This document shows positions 13,535 to 27,862 of a stretch of DNA of 64,000 nt, piece by piece (the first letter of the stretch is position 1; each line of letters opens with the position of its first letter). Source of the DNA: Podarcis filfolensis (taxonomy: Eukaryota); the NCBI GenBank assembly GCA_964270895.1, contig OZ185441.1, one strand, 5' to 3'. The notes under the pieces are model-generated. The model saw nothing but the letters and a program-made list of their open reading frames with translations, was not told the DNA's origin and searched no databases. A program made the translations under genes and the position numbers.

Positions 13535-13535
13535 A

Positions 13536-13587
<52 letters not shown>

Positions 13588-13589
13588 AA
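13535..13589. repeat. (AAAG)n microsatellite
   Basis: Direct reading. Confidence 0.99.
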
Positions 13590-13898
13590 CCCTGGGGAGA
13601 AGGACTGTGGTGCATTCCTCTCACTAAAGCATCAATTTTGCTCTTTAACTCTCATCGGGACAGACTTGGGTTGAAACAAGCGCGCACACACGTTGTTTGA
13701 TCTTAAGCAGCATACCTTTGCATGCAATTAACTTCAAGCAAGTGCAAAATCTGAGTCACAGAATCATAAATGTTTACGAAGGACCAGAAACACATCAATC
13801 CTATACTTCTGTTCAAAATCAAGGCCCTATTACATCAGCCTCTTAGAAGTGAAACTTTATAATCCAATTAATAATTGCTTGATAGTGCACAGCAAGAG

Positions 13899-13983
13899 GA
13901 CAGGAGTGCCTGGAGTGCTCTGGTCCATGGAGTCATGAAGAGTCGGACATGACTAAACGACTAAACAACAACAATAACAACAA
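13899..13983 (+). mobile_element. 5'-truncated RTE/BovB LINE 3' end with 11-bp TSD
   Basis: gacaggagtgcctgg...catggagtcatgaagagtcggacatgactaaacgact(aac)n; CACAGCAAGAG at 13888-13898 and 13984-13994. Confidence 0.85.
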
Positions 13984-14615
13984 CACAGCAAGAGCAAACT
14001 AGGAGTGGCTCACATAACCTACTGTTGCTTGGTCTATATGTCCATGATATATCAGTTAGACTTCTTTAATGCAAGAAGTAATACTAAAAGGCCTTATTCA
14101 TTTGGAGATAGTAATATATGCTATTGGAAACAGTTTGGGTATATATATTTTAAAGTTTAATTTAACTCAGCCTGAACATTCCATTTAGCAACAGTGCAGT
14201 TGTCAAAATTCAAAAACTACTCTAACTGATATATAGGTCTGCTATGAGATCATTTAATCTACTTTCTGCCCTTTGAGGCTGTGTAATGAAATCCACCATC
14301 TACAAAACTTTCTGAGCTGGGGGTCGAGACTGGTGGAGCTTAAAAAGTTTTGGTCTCCTGCAAATAAAAATGGATAACATGCTCCTTTGAACAGTCTAGT
14401 TAGGTTCTTTAAAAAATTATAAGCTACAATGACACAATGCATATGCCTAGGGAAGCTTCCAGAAGATAAATGCCACCCTCACCAGAGACAGGATATACAT
14501 ATATTTTAATATCTACTCCTAATCTGCCTTTTGGGTTTAACAGCCGGAGCTGTTTAATACTTAGCGCTCTGCCATTTATCTGCATCTGCTTAATTTGGTC
14601 GACGGCATAACTTAC

Positions 14616-14801
14616 CTTCACAACAGTTACCAACCCATCGTTGCTGTTTGGATCAGTGTTGATAGTAAACCGGCCTGTGGGATCGCCACCAGTCATTCGG
14701 TACATGGCATTCCAAGCAGGAGTGTGTGGCTGATCCTTATCAGTCACCGTTAGATTAGCTACTGTAACATCCACTCTGTTTTCAGGGACTTCACCATAGA
14801 A
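14616..14801 (-). CDS. CDH2: CDH2 exon 9 equivalent (EC3), 186 nt
   Basis: [62 protein letters not shown]; cAG/GTAAG. Confidence 0.98.
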
Positions 14802-15272
14802 CTGCAATCATAAGGCACACGGAATGACATGTATGTCATTGGGCACAGGGGCATCATGCAATCTTTTCCATATCGCTGCTACTCAGCAACACTGAGGGTC
14901 CCCAGTTTCCAACTTAATTCACTCTGGTTCGAACGGTTTTCAGTTTGTATGGGTAACTGGGGTCAGCCCTTCTGTACAGGGGAACAACCCGACAGACAGC
15001 TTCTATCAAGTGACAATGTGAACATATCATTCTAATATATAAATAGAGAGGGGGGAGAGAGAGAGAGAGAAAGTGGGGGGAGGTTTTGCTTTACAGTTAA
15101 ATGCTGTACTTTGGGCTGCATTTACTATGCTCTAAGAAGTAGCTATGGCCTTAGTTAAACCACTGAAATCCACTGGGCGACCCAATGTCACAAACATATT
15201 AAATCCATTTGGCTGAATCAGCAAGAATCTTTCTTAAGTAAAGGCTATTCATACACTTCATCCCCTTTATCA

Positions 15273-15419
<147 letters not shown>

Positions 15420-17702
15420 CTAAAAAACACAAAATGACACCACCAGGAGTTACAGACAGAGCTAACACTCTGAGAGGACAGCAGGTGTTCAATAAATTGT
15501 GCTTTGCTATGCAACGAGCTTATCACGCTGCTCATTCTGGTTAACATCACTTGAACTGAGGGTTGCTGGATTTCCAACAATGGATTGCATCTAACCACAT
15601 TCAGCTCCATGAATTTTTGTTTTGGGTGATTTATAACTGCAACAAACCACAGTCTTCTTGACTAGCAAGCAATCACCACCCTGTCCCTGTTTGGGAACAC
15701 AAAGTTTTGATTCTGGATTAACATTTAAAAAATACAAATGCTGTGTAGCAAATTCAAACCTAATCAGGGATGGGCACTTTGGAAAAAAAAAAGGTTCATG
15801 AGTTCTGAGGCTGGGAGGGCACATTCTTGGGCAAATGATTCAAACTGCCAAGGCTTTGTTGTGGGGGAACTTGAGGGTAATGTAGCGGCAACTTCTCAGC
15901 ATCACTATGGAAACCAGCACAGGCAAGGCTAACAGAAACAAGTTACTGGAAGAGAAACCCAAATCCAAATTATTTCCACAAACATTCAACATTAGGAACT
16001 AGATAGTCCTTCTTCTTCGACAGCACCGCCAGCTTCAATTGTTTTTTGTTTTGTTAAAAACAGCCTTTGTTATTAAGAATGCTTATTCTTACATTATTGT
16101 TGGGATTAAGCCAGGGCCTGGGGCTCACCCTTACCCTGAAGCTAGAAGCCTCTCTGTTTAGGGATTATACTTTTTGTTTAATATATTTTTCAAAATCATT
16201 TTTTATAGTATTTCCTTGAGAGACTCTGATAATTCATTTGGTTTTTGCTGATACTGTATACTGTTAAATGTAAATACACATTACTTCCCCCACTATTTCT
16301 GATTTGGAATTCAGCATTTTAATGCTTTTCAGATTGGTGGAGTGATATTATTGCAGAGTTCACTTCATCTTCCAAGCAGAAAACCGGTAAACGATAAAGG
16401 AATTTTGTTATTACTCTGAACCGTTACTGTCTTGAGTGCTTTACTGATGGAGCAAAAGAGACTTTTGTGAAAATGAACGTATTTAGAAAAAATAAATGTC
16501 TTTCATTGAAAATGAATTTTTCTCTCTACTCCCTGCACCAAAAACCTTTTAAATGTTATTTCTTGATAGAATGAAGTTGATATTTTCATTTGTCAGCATG
16601 ATAATAAAACAACAAACTTTCCCCCTGCCCTAAAGAGAGGCATGCATTAGCAAGGGTTGCCAAGTTACTTCAAAACTTCCCTTTGCTTCCAAGTCGTAGG
16701 TTGCTTATTCTATGAAGTGTCCGTTCTCTAGGCATGCATGAAAGCACATTTACCTTCCAAGCAAAAATAAAGACAGAATAAAACGGAACAGGATTTAATG
16801 TATACAGAATTTTAGAAGCTGCTATAAAAAGTAATAAACCATAACGAGAAAAAGAAAGTGATAAATATCTGCAGTTTGGCCTTTCAAGGCCGTTCATTTC
16901 TGGCTGACCTAAATGGGTGCAGCTAGGCTGGACTGTGGCTCAAAGAGGTTTGGCTTGCATATTCTTCACAAGCACACAGAACGTTGTGCATTGGATTCGG
17001 CCCACACCTAAATCCTGAACCGAGTTGGATGGCCCCAGACAATTTGAGTACACAGAGCTATGTATTGCTGTGAGTCACTGGATGAGCACAGAACAATCTG
17101 TAGCATCAGGCTGGAAGGAGAGGCAGGCAGGGAAAACCACGGGGAAAGAGCAGCATTTTTCCAGAAAATAGGCACAACTCTCTTTTCTGCCTGACAGCCT
17201 GAATCTTGTGGAGTGCAGGTGTTGCTTTGCAAGAGGCTTTCCTGCAGGAAAGCCACTTGCAAAGCAATATACAGGATCAGCTGTATACTAGCTAATGTGT
17301 GAGTGGATTAGATCCTGCACAATGCTAGTACTTTCCTTTGTGTGCAGGGAAACCGCTTGTGAAGAGGTGACTGCTAGCATGATAGGCTCTGATCCCTCTG
17401 CTTAACAGCTGTTAAGTGGGACCATCTGATCCTGTTTGGTGCCAATGCACCAATGCACTGGCCCTTGATTCTGCCCCTGCCAGGAAAACTGTTGTTGTTA
17501 AAGGAGGAAAATACAAGACACGTTTCATCAATTCAACACATTTGACATCAGGACTGTCTTCACCTGCATGAAAATGAACTAAGCCACACACTGAAGGGAA
17601 GGCAAAACTTCTGTAGGCTTCTTTACCAGGTGGCCTTGCACTCAAACCTGGCTATTACGTGGGATACGTAAGTTGTACCAATCCTTCAACTCGGTTGCAC
17701 AT

Positions 17703-18042
17703 CAGTGGTTTCCAAACTCCACCCGCCCCCCCCCCAATGAACCACTTAAAAATTGCTGAGTGTTTTGTGGAGCACTTAACCATTTTTCTGCCTGTTGCAG
17801 CAACTGTAATGTGCTGAGCCAGATGCTCTATGATACTTAATTGTATTTTCATTGCTTCTCTTATTTCTTATATTTTATTTTATTGCATTAAATTCAACAG
17901 AATTCAATTGCAATACAATAAAATAAAATGTCAGCAAGAGAAATAAAATTAAAAATCAATAAGGGTATTTACCGAGGGCATGCCATGGATCACCTAAATG
18001 AAGCTCATGGAGGACTTTTAGATCACTGTTTGGAAATCGCTG
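17703..18042. mobile_element. hAT-like MITE
   Basis: TIRs cagtggtttccaaac / gtttggaaatcgctg; no TSD match. Confidence 0.65.
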
Positions 18043-18079
18043 CTCTAGGAGATTGACAATACAGCCTCAAATGGTTGCA

Positions 18080-18182
18080 ACCAGTGTTAGTCCTACCCAG
18101 TGTAGACCCACTGAAATGAATGAACATGATGAACATAGGCCTATTAATTTCACTGGGTCTACTCTGAGTAAAACTTAGTAGT
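18080..18182. repeat. Short palindromic interspersed repeat (MITE-like)
   Basis: gtagacccactgaaatgaa...tttcactgggtctac inverted arms; a related copy at about 45545-45650. Confidence 0.55.
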
Positions 18183-18801
18183 ATATAATGCAATCTTTGC
18201 TCCTGTATTATGTTGTTTACTAGCTACACTGGGGCAGTTTTGGTTGATGGTTTCTTCAGCACTTCTTTCTCAGGTCACAAGCAAACAAAATCTTAGAGTT
18301 GCAGATGCTTAGAAATAAATGCAATGAACACTTCTTTAAATGTAGGGATTGCAGCAACATGTATGCTGCTATTATTACCAACCTCCTCCCTACAAAGAAT
18401 AAAACCAACTTCAAAAGACTCTTGCGTTTAGCTTCAAAGTCAAATGTTTATTGCTGACAACTGAAAGATCCTTCAGAGGTATATTAACCCCCATGTTGTG
18501 CCAAGGTATTAAAATCAAGTTAGAATTCTGGTACAGGATAATATTCTTTCATGAATAAAATTAAGAAGTGAGCAAACAAACCGATTAAGTAAATTTAGTA
18601 ATAATAAACTGTGTTCCAATTTAATAACCCGAAATGAGGCTAATAAAATGCGGGAAGAAATTAGCACTTCCATCACTTCTCTAGGAGCTTTCAAGACAGA
18701 AATCCCAATGCTGGGAATGTGTGGAGCGCCACAGTAGCCTTAACTCCAGCAAGCTAGACGTTAATCATAACTTTGCAAAAATCACACGCCTTAAGTTTCT
18801 A

Positions 18802-19068
<267 letters not shown>

Positions 19069-20728
19069 TCATCTTCAAGGTTAAATAAACAGATTACACA
19101 TGGTCACCCAGAAGCTCCTAGCTTGGGTCTAAACATTTACTTCCTCTGACAAAACATTTCACATGCTTTCTCTTATTCAAACCACACACTTTCCCCCAAG
19201 GCTCGTGATTAATAAAGGACAAACTGAGATAGAACCACATGTGCTTATTCAATACCTAGCTCACTTTTTGCGGATTATCATCTCCCAGCAGTCAGGTTCT
19301 CCAAAATTTTAAATGAAGATGTGTACATTTAAATAGCTATTTCCCTGACTCAGCTCAAATGAATAGCATCATGCATAAACTAGTGTTTTTAATTTCCAGT
19401 GTGGGATAAATGTTGATTTTGCAGAGAGTTAACGCTTGTCGGCTCAGTATACAAGCCTGAACAAAGAAAGGGCATTTCTAGTTACCATTTACTTCCCCTT
19501 ATTAAGCTGACTTTTAAAACAGTGATGATTGTTGGCATGCGATAGCGGTACATTCTGTTCTGCAAGACCATGAAAAGCCATGTCAATGGGCTGCAATGGG
19601 AAATTAAGACAGGGAGCAACTTCTTATTATATGCACAAAAGCAAATCTGATCATGCTCCAAGACTGAGGATGATCAGTTTGGGAAGTGAACATGCCTTCT
19701 AAGAGTCTGATCTTGTGTACAAAAATCTTCCTAAAGATAAAGGTTATCTGACTCCATAAAGACCAGCATAAATATTTGGATCAGTATCACTCTTATTTCA
19801 TCCAATACATTTTAAGAAACCAGAAAGCAACCTGTCCTTTAGTGTACATTGTATAGTTGAATAAAATTTATACACTTTTTTCCTGAATTTCCCAGGAAGA
19901 TCTTAAGATTGCAGGAAGAAGTTCTTATATCACTTGATAATGGTAGTTTGCTTTCCCACCAACCGCTAGGTAGAATAACCCAATTTGGCTTTTATTGACT
20001 TTTCTTTTAGCTAGCACATCACATAAAATTAATCTTTTCCTTGGTTTACATACGATTGCCTACTTTCTCTTTATTCCTGTTCTCAATCTACAAAAGGAAC
20101 CTGTGTGTGAAGCCTAAGAATGCAGGCAGAACTGAGTTCAAAGGTGGTGGTCGTGTTTACAGAGATTGGGGAATCAACCATTATGTGTCTTCAGTTTCCC
20201 TGGAGGCCTGGGTACACCTTGAAACCTGCATGGCACTTTTAAAAAAGCCTTGCAACTTCCTCCCAAGCTTCATATTAAAACTCTTTATCAGATACTGTAG
20301 TTTCCTCCAAATATTCAGGAATTCTCTACCCTGCTTTAAAATACATGCAATGACCATTTTGAGCAGGGGTTATGCTCCTGACCCCTGCAAACACCAGCAG
20401 AGGTGCGTAATCCCATTTCCTGTTATGTTCCCTTTTCTGGCCACTTCTGGGTTGTGGCGATTCGTGTGTGCATGGTCGTGCACATATTGGACAAGTGTGA
20501 AACGGTCATTGCCTGTATGTTTAGAAATACTCAGTGATTCACATTCTCTTTGGATTTTCTTTAACACTTTCCATCCAAGCGCAGTTTGTCCATTAGGGAT
20601 TTTAAAGAATCCTTCCTGTTTTAAAAACATTAATAATGTCTTGATCTTTTTCCCGCCATGCCCCACTGAACATAATTAGCTAATATAATTTTTTTTTTGG
20701 GGGGGGGGTGATGAGAAAATATATTTTA

Positions 20729-20935
<207 letters not shown>

Positions 20936-21624
20936 TCATTAGTAATTGAGAAAACTTGCAAAACATGTCATCAGGCACGGCAATTAGTGTTGCTGACAGG
21001 ACATTTTAAATGGAACTCAGTTAACTTGATTTATTTCAGCATCTTCTTTTGTTACCCTCTCTTTTAGTCACTTTGGCACCACTTCCAGGTCATCTTTGTT
21101 TACAGAAAATCTTTTATTATCTAATTTACTGAGAATTTAGGGTCGCTTTAAAGATTGCTCAGTCCAAATTTTTCTCCATTAGAATCAATCTTAGAACAGT
21201 TCTCTGTTAGGATGGAACAGGTTTGTGGATCATTGTAGAAGACATGGTTGACCCCTCACATGTGGATTTACAATGTTCAGAATGATGCTGGAAGTTTTCA
21301 TGTTTTCTTTCTTTATATTACATTTAATCCTATATCTGTTGTACTTTGGTGTTGTTTATTTATTTTTAAAAACCATATTCTGCTTTTCACTATCTACATC
21401 TGTAAGTGGCTTACAGTGATAAAAATATACAAAATTTTAAACATACATCAAGCCTCAAAAAAAAAATTTAAAAAAGAAAAAGTAGCATATGGGTAAACTA
21501 CCAAATCCCAGAGCCCTCCAAGATCTCAGGCCCTATAAACAAGTCATTAATGCAGAGTAAACAAATGTTTCAGTTAATAATTATTTATCTTATTTTGCTT
21601 TTCAGTTTAGACAAAAGTAATTAA

Positions 21625-21895
21625 GAGGGAACATGGCTGAGATTTCTAAAGCTGAAGGAGATTCAAGGTAGACAAAAGGAGGAACTTTTTCATACATGTG
21701 TTTTTTCATTTGTGGAATTTATTGCTATTGAGTGTGGTGATGGCTACTGGCTTAGAAGGGATTAGACAACTGCATGGAGTACAAGTCTACCAATGGCTAC
21801 GAGTCATGATTATATGGAAGCTCTAGGTTCACAGGCAGCATGGCACTAAATACCAGTTGTCCAGGAATTACAACAGGAGGGAACTGTCTAGATAT
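21625..21895 (+). mobile_element. Old CR1 LINE 3' fragment
   Basis: gattcaaggtagacaaaaggaggaactttttcataca...gtggtgatggctact...caatggctacgagtcatga resembles the CR1 ORF2 end and 3'UTR. Confidence 0.65.
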
Positions 21896-22199
21896 ATCTT
21901 TCATCTGATGCTGCAGGGCTCTTCTTCTGTTCAGAAGACTTTTCTTTTTTAGCATTAGTCGAAAATGGAATTTTGTATTCTAATAATCTTGCTGAGAAAT
22001 CTTTCTATCCACCCAACTTACTGTTTCCTTTATGGCAAGGAATGTCAATTCTTACTGGATTAGGCTGCCCTACCAACAAGATGACATTCAGGCCCCTAGA
22101 GAAGTTGCTGGTACAACTGCAGAAAGGTCTGCAGGTGCAAATCTCTGCTGGCAGTGGGGGGAGGGAAGGTCAGGATGGCCTTGGTTCCACCCCAACCTA

Positions 22200-22548
22200 A
22201 AGGTAAAGGGACCCCTGACCATTAGGTCCAGTCATGACCGACTGTGGGGTTGTGCGATCATCTCGCTTTATTGGCCGAGGGAGCTGGCGTACAGCTTCCG
22301 GGTCATGTGGCCAGCATGACTAAACTGCTTCTGGTGAACCAGAGCAGCGCACGGAAACGTCGTTTACCTTCCCGCCGGAGCAGTACCTATTTATCTACTT
22401 GCACTCTGATGTGCTTTCGAACTGCTAGGTTGGCAGGAGCAGGGACCGAGCAACGGGAGCTCACCCCGTCATGGGGATTTGAACCGCCGACCTTCTGATC
22501 GGCAAGTCCTAGGCTCTGTGGTTTAAACCACAGCGCCACCTGCGTCCC
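22200..22548 (-). mobile_element. Full-length Sauria SINE with 15-bp TSD
   Basis: Minus strand reads GGGACGCAGGTGGCGCTGTGG...GGGGTCCCTTTACCTTT; TTCCACCCCAACCTA at 22185-22199 and 22549-22563. Confidence 0.93.
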
Positions 22549-22814
22549 TTCCACCCCAACCTATTTGTAACCAAATGTGAAAAGCAGAAAATACAAAATG
22601 CCACATTCCTAATTTGCTTTATTTCTTTTGTCCAATACATTAAATCAGATTGAAGATGCTCAACTATGTCAGCAGCATGCTCTTAATATATATGAAAAGG
22701 AACAATGTGTAGAAATGCAGATCCAGTACCAATTCTTTAAATCTCCCAACTATGACATATGTGCCCTTCAAAGTCAAAGCAGATGTTAAGATCCTTGATT
22801 TAAAACTCTGGCTA

Positions 22815-22979
<165 letters not shown>

Positions 22980-23639
22980 CTATGTAGCAAGAAAATGATG
23001 GTTTTGTTAACATACACAAGTAATCAGAAGTGCTAGCTCTAAAAATACAAAAACAAATCCACTCTTTTGTTATTTTTAATCTTGTTTATTTGCTCATTGC
23101 AAAAAGCAAAACAAAAAGCAGCCCAAGTTAGTTAACTTATCATTGGTAAACTTTACTTTGGCATTTTCATAATGGGAAAGGTGGAACTGGCACCCAGGAG
23201 TAGCTAACACAGATTTATCAAACATCACCATATTAGCCCAAAACTGCTTTGAGTTTACTCGGGACAGTCAACTTCCTTAGCAGCCACATGTTTCAGCAAA
23301 GGGTTGCCTCAGGCACATTTGGTATATCTGTAAAGAGTTCCTCTCTGATCAACACTGCATCTGAAGAGGTGGCTGGAACAATTTAGTATTTAAGGTAGAA
23401 AATCAGTAGCAATCATCCCAGTGTTTGGCTTGGAAAGAAACCGTGTCCATAGATCAACCATCTCAGTAACACAGAATTTGGTCCAGAGTATCCTTATGGC
23501 AGCATGCTATTTGTGACATAACGTGTAATAATAGTAGGGTGACTGGATTTGCAGATTTCCCATTGACTTTTGCAGTCATCTTAGGATATAGGTTTTTTTT
23601 ATATTTGGCATAAAAACAAACATCAGAATGGGCTAAGAT

Positions 23640-23790
23640 CAGGGGTCAGCAACCTTTTTGGACTTGTGGCAATGTTTTGAATTCTGAGAGACTGCTGGTG
23701 GTGCCTGTCACAAAGTGGCTGCTATGGAGCCTGAGTGACAGAATGTAAAATGGCTGCTATGCACAACAGCCCCACTCCACAACCACTCCT
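23640..23790. mobile_element. hAT-like MITE fragment
   Basis: caggggtcagcaacctttttgg terminus; other end not found. Confidence 0.45.
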
Positions 23791-23908
23791 GACAACCTCA
23801 TGCTTACCATGGGAAGTGAGCTATGTCCTGATGGCCCTAATTATGGACCCACTCAGATGCACATTGATGCTGTTGCTGTCTAACAAGAGCAGGGAGCATT
23901 CCTCAGCA

Positions 23909-24080
23909 AAGTCAAACCTCAGTTGTCGAACGTAATCTGTTCTGGAAGACCGTTCGACTTCCAAAACGTTTGACAACAGAGGTGCGGCTTCCGACTGGTT
24001 GGAAGAGCTTCTTGCCCTCAAGAGGAAGCTACGTTGGATGTTCAGGTTCCGAAAAACATTCAAAAACCGAGGTTTGACTG
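23909..24080. mobile_element. Tc1/mariner (Tigger-like) MITE
   Basis: TIRs (a)agtcaaacctcag / ccgaggtttgactg, followed by TA. Confidence 0.75.
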
Positions 24081-25431
24081 TACCAGGAAAAATATACAAG
24101 CTCTCATTTCACAGAAATTGTTTAGAAGGTTTGTTTGCATATTTGGCCCCGTAGCTTCCTTTTTTAGGAGGTCTAGAGGCTTACTTAAAAAGAAGAAAGC
24201 TCAAAGGCTGTGGGGCATCCAACCCACAAGAAGCCTTCACAGGCACCATGGTAACCCATGACTTCCAGGATGGCAAACTCTGGTGGTTTACCTTGTCTAT
24301 ATTCACACAAGGGCTTTTCTGAGTAGGTTGAGGAACTTAAGCCGAATCTGAAGTTTTCAAGACTTCTCAATAGAGAAACAGTCAGCTGTGCAGCAACCTA
24401 CAAAACCACCAACTGGTGAAACTCCTCCTGACTCCTCTCGCTGGCTAGTCATTATATTCCCTAAATGACCAGCCTCGTCTTTCTCCTGGCTGCCTTCATA
24501 ATTTCCTAAGAACAGCGAGCCCTTGCAGTGTGTGGTATTAGAATGTCTCTCCTCATGTAAATACTATCTCATGCAGCACAGCTTTTATTTTCGCTCCTAA
24601 TAACTACTGTGGTGCTCAGACATGTAAGTACACCAGACAGGTGGTTTGCCAACAATGTTATAATTACTTTCAAAACACGCCCCTTCCACAGCTGTGTGTA
24701 TGAGACCTTTGCCATAGAAGGGCACAGTCTGGCTGCACACCACTAGCTAATTTGTCTGAGATACTCTGAACTCATAAAGTAAAGCATTTCGATGCACAGC
24801 ACCAAACAGTATGCACAAACCTCAAGTTTCTCCTTATGATTTAAGTTCAGAAGACATTAAGCACTTTATTTACCCACTTAGCTCCATCCCTATCCCTGTC
24901 TGTGAAATTTGCTTCAAATCCTAGCATAAAAAAGGTGAAAAATTAATGGGCTTTCAGTTCAATTACATTTGTTTTTTTGTGGGGGGAGGGAGAACAAAAG
25001 CTCTTTTTTTGCATTTGAAGCTGAAAATGCCTTTTCTCAGTTTTGCTGGTATTTCAGAACAGGATGCACTGTGTTGCTTTGAAACAATAGTATCTTCATT
25101 CCTAACAGCCTTATTTGTATATTGCAGTTAAGAGAACACGTGTAGGAAAAAAAATCTCATTTAAAATCACGTATGTGAAAAATCATTTTCTTCCACACTT
25201 ACTTTCAGATTTAAGTAACTAATTTTGCATTTCCCAGAGACTAATCAAAGCATATTGCAACCACATGATGTGCTTTCAATCTCACCAACTACTGCAGGGG
25301 AAACACAGAACTTTCAAACTAAACCTTGGCAAACAAGTAAAAAAAAAGAGAGATTTAGTGCCAACCATGTTTGTTCTACAGTGGAATTTGCCATATATTT
25401 GTCATAGACATTCCTCTCTTCTCAGTCTTAC

Positions 25432-25578
25432 CCTAACTAATTCCTGAGGAAAGGGCCCTCTGGAGTTTTCTGGCAAGTTGATTGGAGGGATGACCCAGTC
25501 TCTCTTCTGTCTTCGCAGATGGCCAATGTGCTTATTTTGGTGTCTTGGAAATACAATGTCTTCCATTTTCTTTTGCTC
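25432..25578 (-). CDS. CDH2: CDH2 exon 4 equivalent (furin site, start of EC1), 147 nt
   Basis: [26 protein letters not shown]|[23 protein letters not shown]; GTAAG donor. The acceptor is a weak aAG, chosen because it keeps frame and the expected length. Confidence 0.92.
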
Positions 25579-27862
25579 CTTTCCATGACAGGTAATGAAA
25601 GCAAACAGAAATTAGAACCTGAATTGGTTAGCTAATTTTTCATTGTGTGCTTTTTTAATGTGTTAAAAACATTGTGCATAACCCTAAACTGTTAACAATA
25701 TTCACAGCATGACACAGTATAAAAATTATATGCAATATATTTCTTTCCCTATAAAATACTATCAACCTCTTTGTTTTTTAGCAAGGTGCTGGTAGAAAGA
25801 AGATGGAGTTTTAAACAATTTATTATACCTTGGTGCTGTGTAAACTACCTTATACGCTTTATAGTCCAGCTGGAGACTAGTTAATACTGTGCAGAATTTA
25901 ATAGCATGCCTTTAGATATTTCTCATTAGTTGGAGCTACAGTTCAGGTAATGTGCTACTGTACATTAAATTTAGATCTGGGTGTGCTAAAATATAATTTG
26001 AGTTCCAAGGGAAGTTTAATACATAGTAGTAAGGAATGTCTCAAATATTTATGACCCTATTAAATCCCATAGAATTAATGTTGTAATTATTTTAAACCTA
26101 TGTCAGCCATGATGGATGCTGTAGATGACCCACTTTGCACAGTGGGCATTAATCTCTGCAGGGTGTCAACAATTCTCTGCATTTGTAAGCGTTCTGGGTT
26201 TTAGCTCTTGTTGCCTGTGTGCATGCAAACATGCTAACTCACTTCTGCATATGGAGAAAGAAAAGGAGATTGTCCTACTTTGAACCTTTAGGAACAATAT
26301 TGTGTACGCTCAGTTAATTGTGCTGAAGAACGAAATAATGGATTTTTAACGTTACGGAAGCCAGATGTTTTAAACTACAATGCATAAGTAATCCTGACTC
26401 TTCCACACAAAGCATCCTAATTGGGCTGGCTAAGAAGGCTAAAGTTGCACTACTAAGCTCATTTATTGGGAAACAAGGGCAACTGAACTCAGTGGGACTT
26501 ACATCTGAAAAAAGTGCTTAGGATCTGGCTGTAAATTAGGTAATGGAATAATTCCAGTGGCAGGGTGCATGTAGAGAACTGCCTTAGAGCAGGCCTGCAG
26601 AACTGGTGATGCACCAAACAAAACACATTTCACCAGCTATGTATTGTGGTCAATACGGTAACAGTATCTACACCCCTGATCTGTGCAGTCCCAGGAAGGA
26701 AGGAAGGATCTTGGCGGGCTCAGAAGGATACCTTCTGCTATGGTATAATGCCTTGTTTACTGCTTGGGAGGCATGCACTTGAATACAAAAGATATTTCAA
26801 AGTTAGCAGGTTGCATAGATGCCTCCAAAGCTCAAGGAGTCACAAAGAGCCTGCAATTAGCAATGCAAGTGCAAACAGAACGTCTTGCAACTGTGGAAAA
26901 AGCCCCTATGAAGCAGGTGATAGTATTCATGGACTAACCTGCAATAGCTGGAAAAAAAACTCATGCCAGTGGGAGGAGACAGTGTGCAGCATTGGTGCAA
27001 GGAAGTTGGTCGGCAAGAGGGCTACTAGCATTAAGGTTTTCTATACCAGCATTTGCCCAAGCTCAGGATGTCTGCAGATTATTTAAGGGTGAAATCATGA
27101 CCTACTTCATGATGGTTCCAGAGAGCCTTGAATCGGTTAAATCCATCTGTTTTTAAGAGTACACTTTTTTTAAGTCTTACACCTGTGGCTGTTAATGTTA
27201 TTTTGCCTCAATCTATCAACATAAAATGTCCGGAATATCATTTATAAGATGATGGAGCAGCTCAAAGGAATAGGGTAAGTACCATAAATCATGCATATTT
27301 GTTTCCTACAGGGAGCAAGGCTGAGCAACGCCTTCCTGCAGCTTAGCCTGGAACAATTTCCACAAGAGGGAGACTCTTCTCCTGGCAAGTGGCACTGGAG
27401 CCACAATGAATGATCCCCCCCCCCGCCCCCACACACTTGATTACGGAGAGCCAAGGCAAAGCCAACATTCCCTGCCAGAATCACTTTCCTGCTTCTGCTG
27501 TAAATCTGTAGTTCCAGTGTAATAAATTTGATTGATGGATCAGCGTAGAGAATTGTTTATTTTGTGGGTTTATTTAACTGCTTGAATAAATACTGTAATG
27601 CTTTCAGGGGGTTTAAAATAAAAGAATGGTCTCTTCCAATTTAAATTTGGGTATAAATATATAAACAACCCTGTTCAACCACAAAGCTCAAATGTAAATA
27701 ACTTTAGCATTCTTAACGGACTACAGTTTCCCAGTTTAAAAAGTAGATTAAGGAATGTTATTTTTTAAGCTTAACAATTCTGTTAGTTACCTATTAACCT
27801 AAGATGTTTGGATAAAAATTTAAACCAATGTAACTTCAAAGACTTATTAGCCAATTTCTTAC

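Noticed and set aside
20041-20679. 212-aa plus-strand ORF (longest in the track) and an overlapping 98-aa minus ORF
   Set aside because: No recognisable domain, residue composition typical of random intronic DNA, inside intron 6; no splice or promoter support
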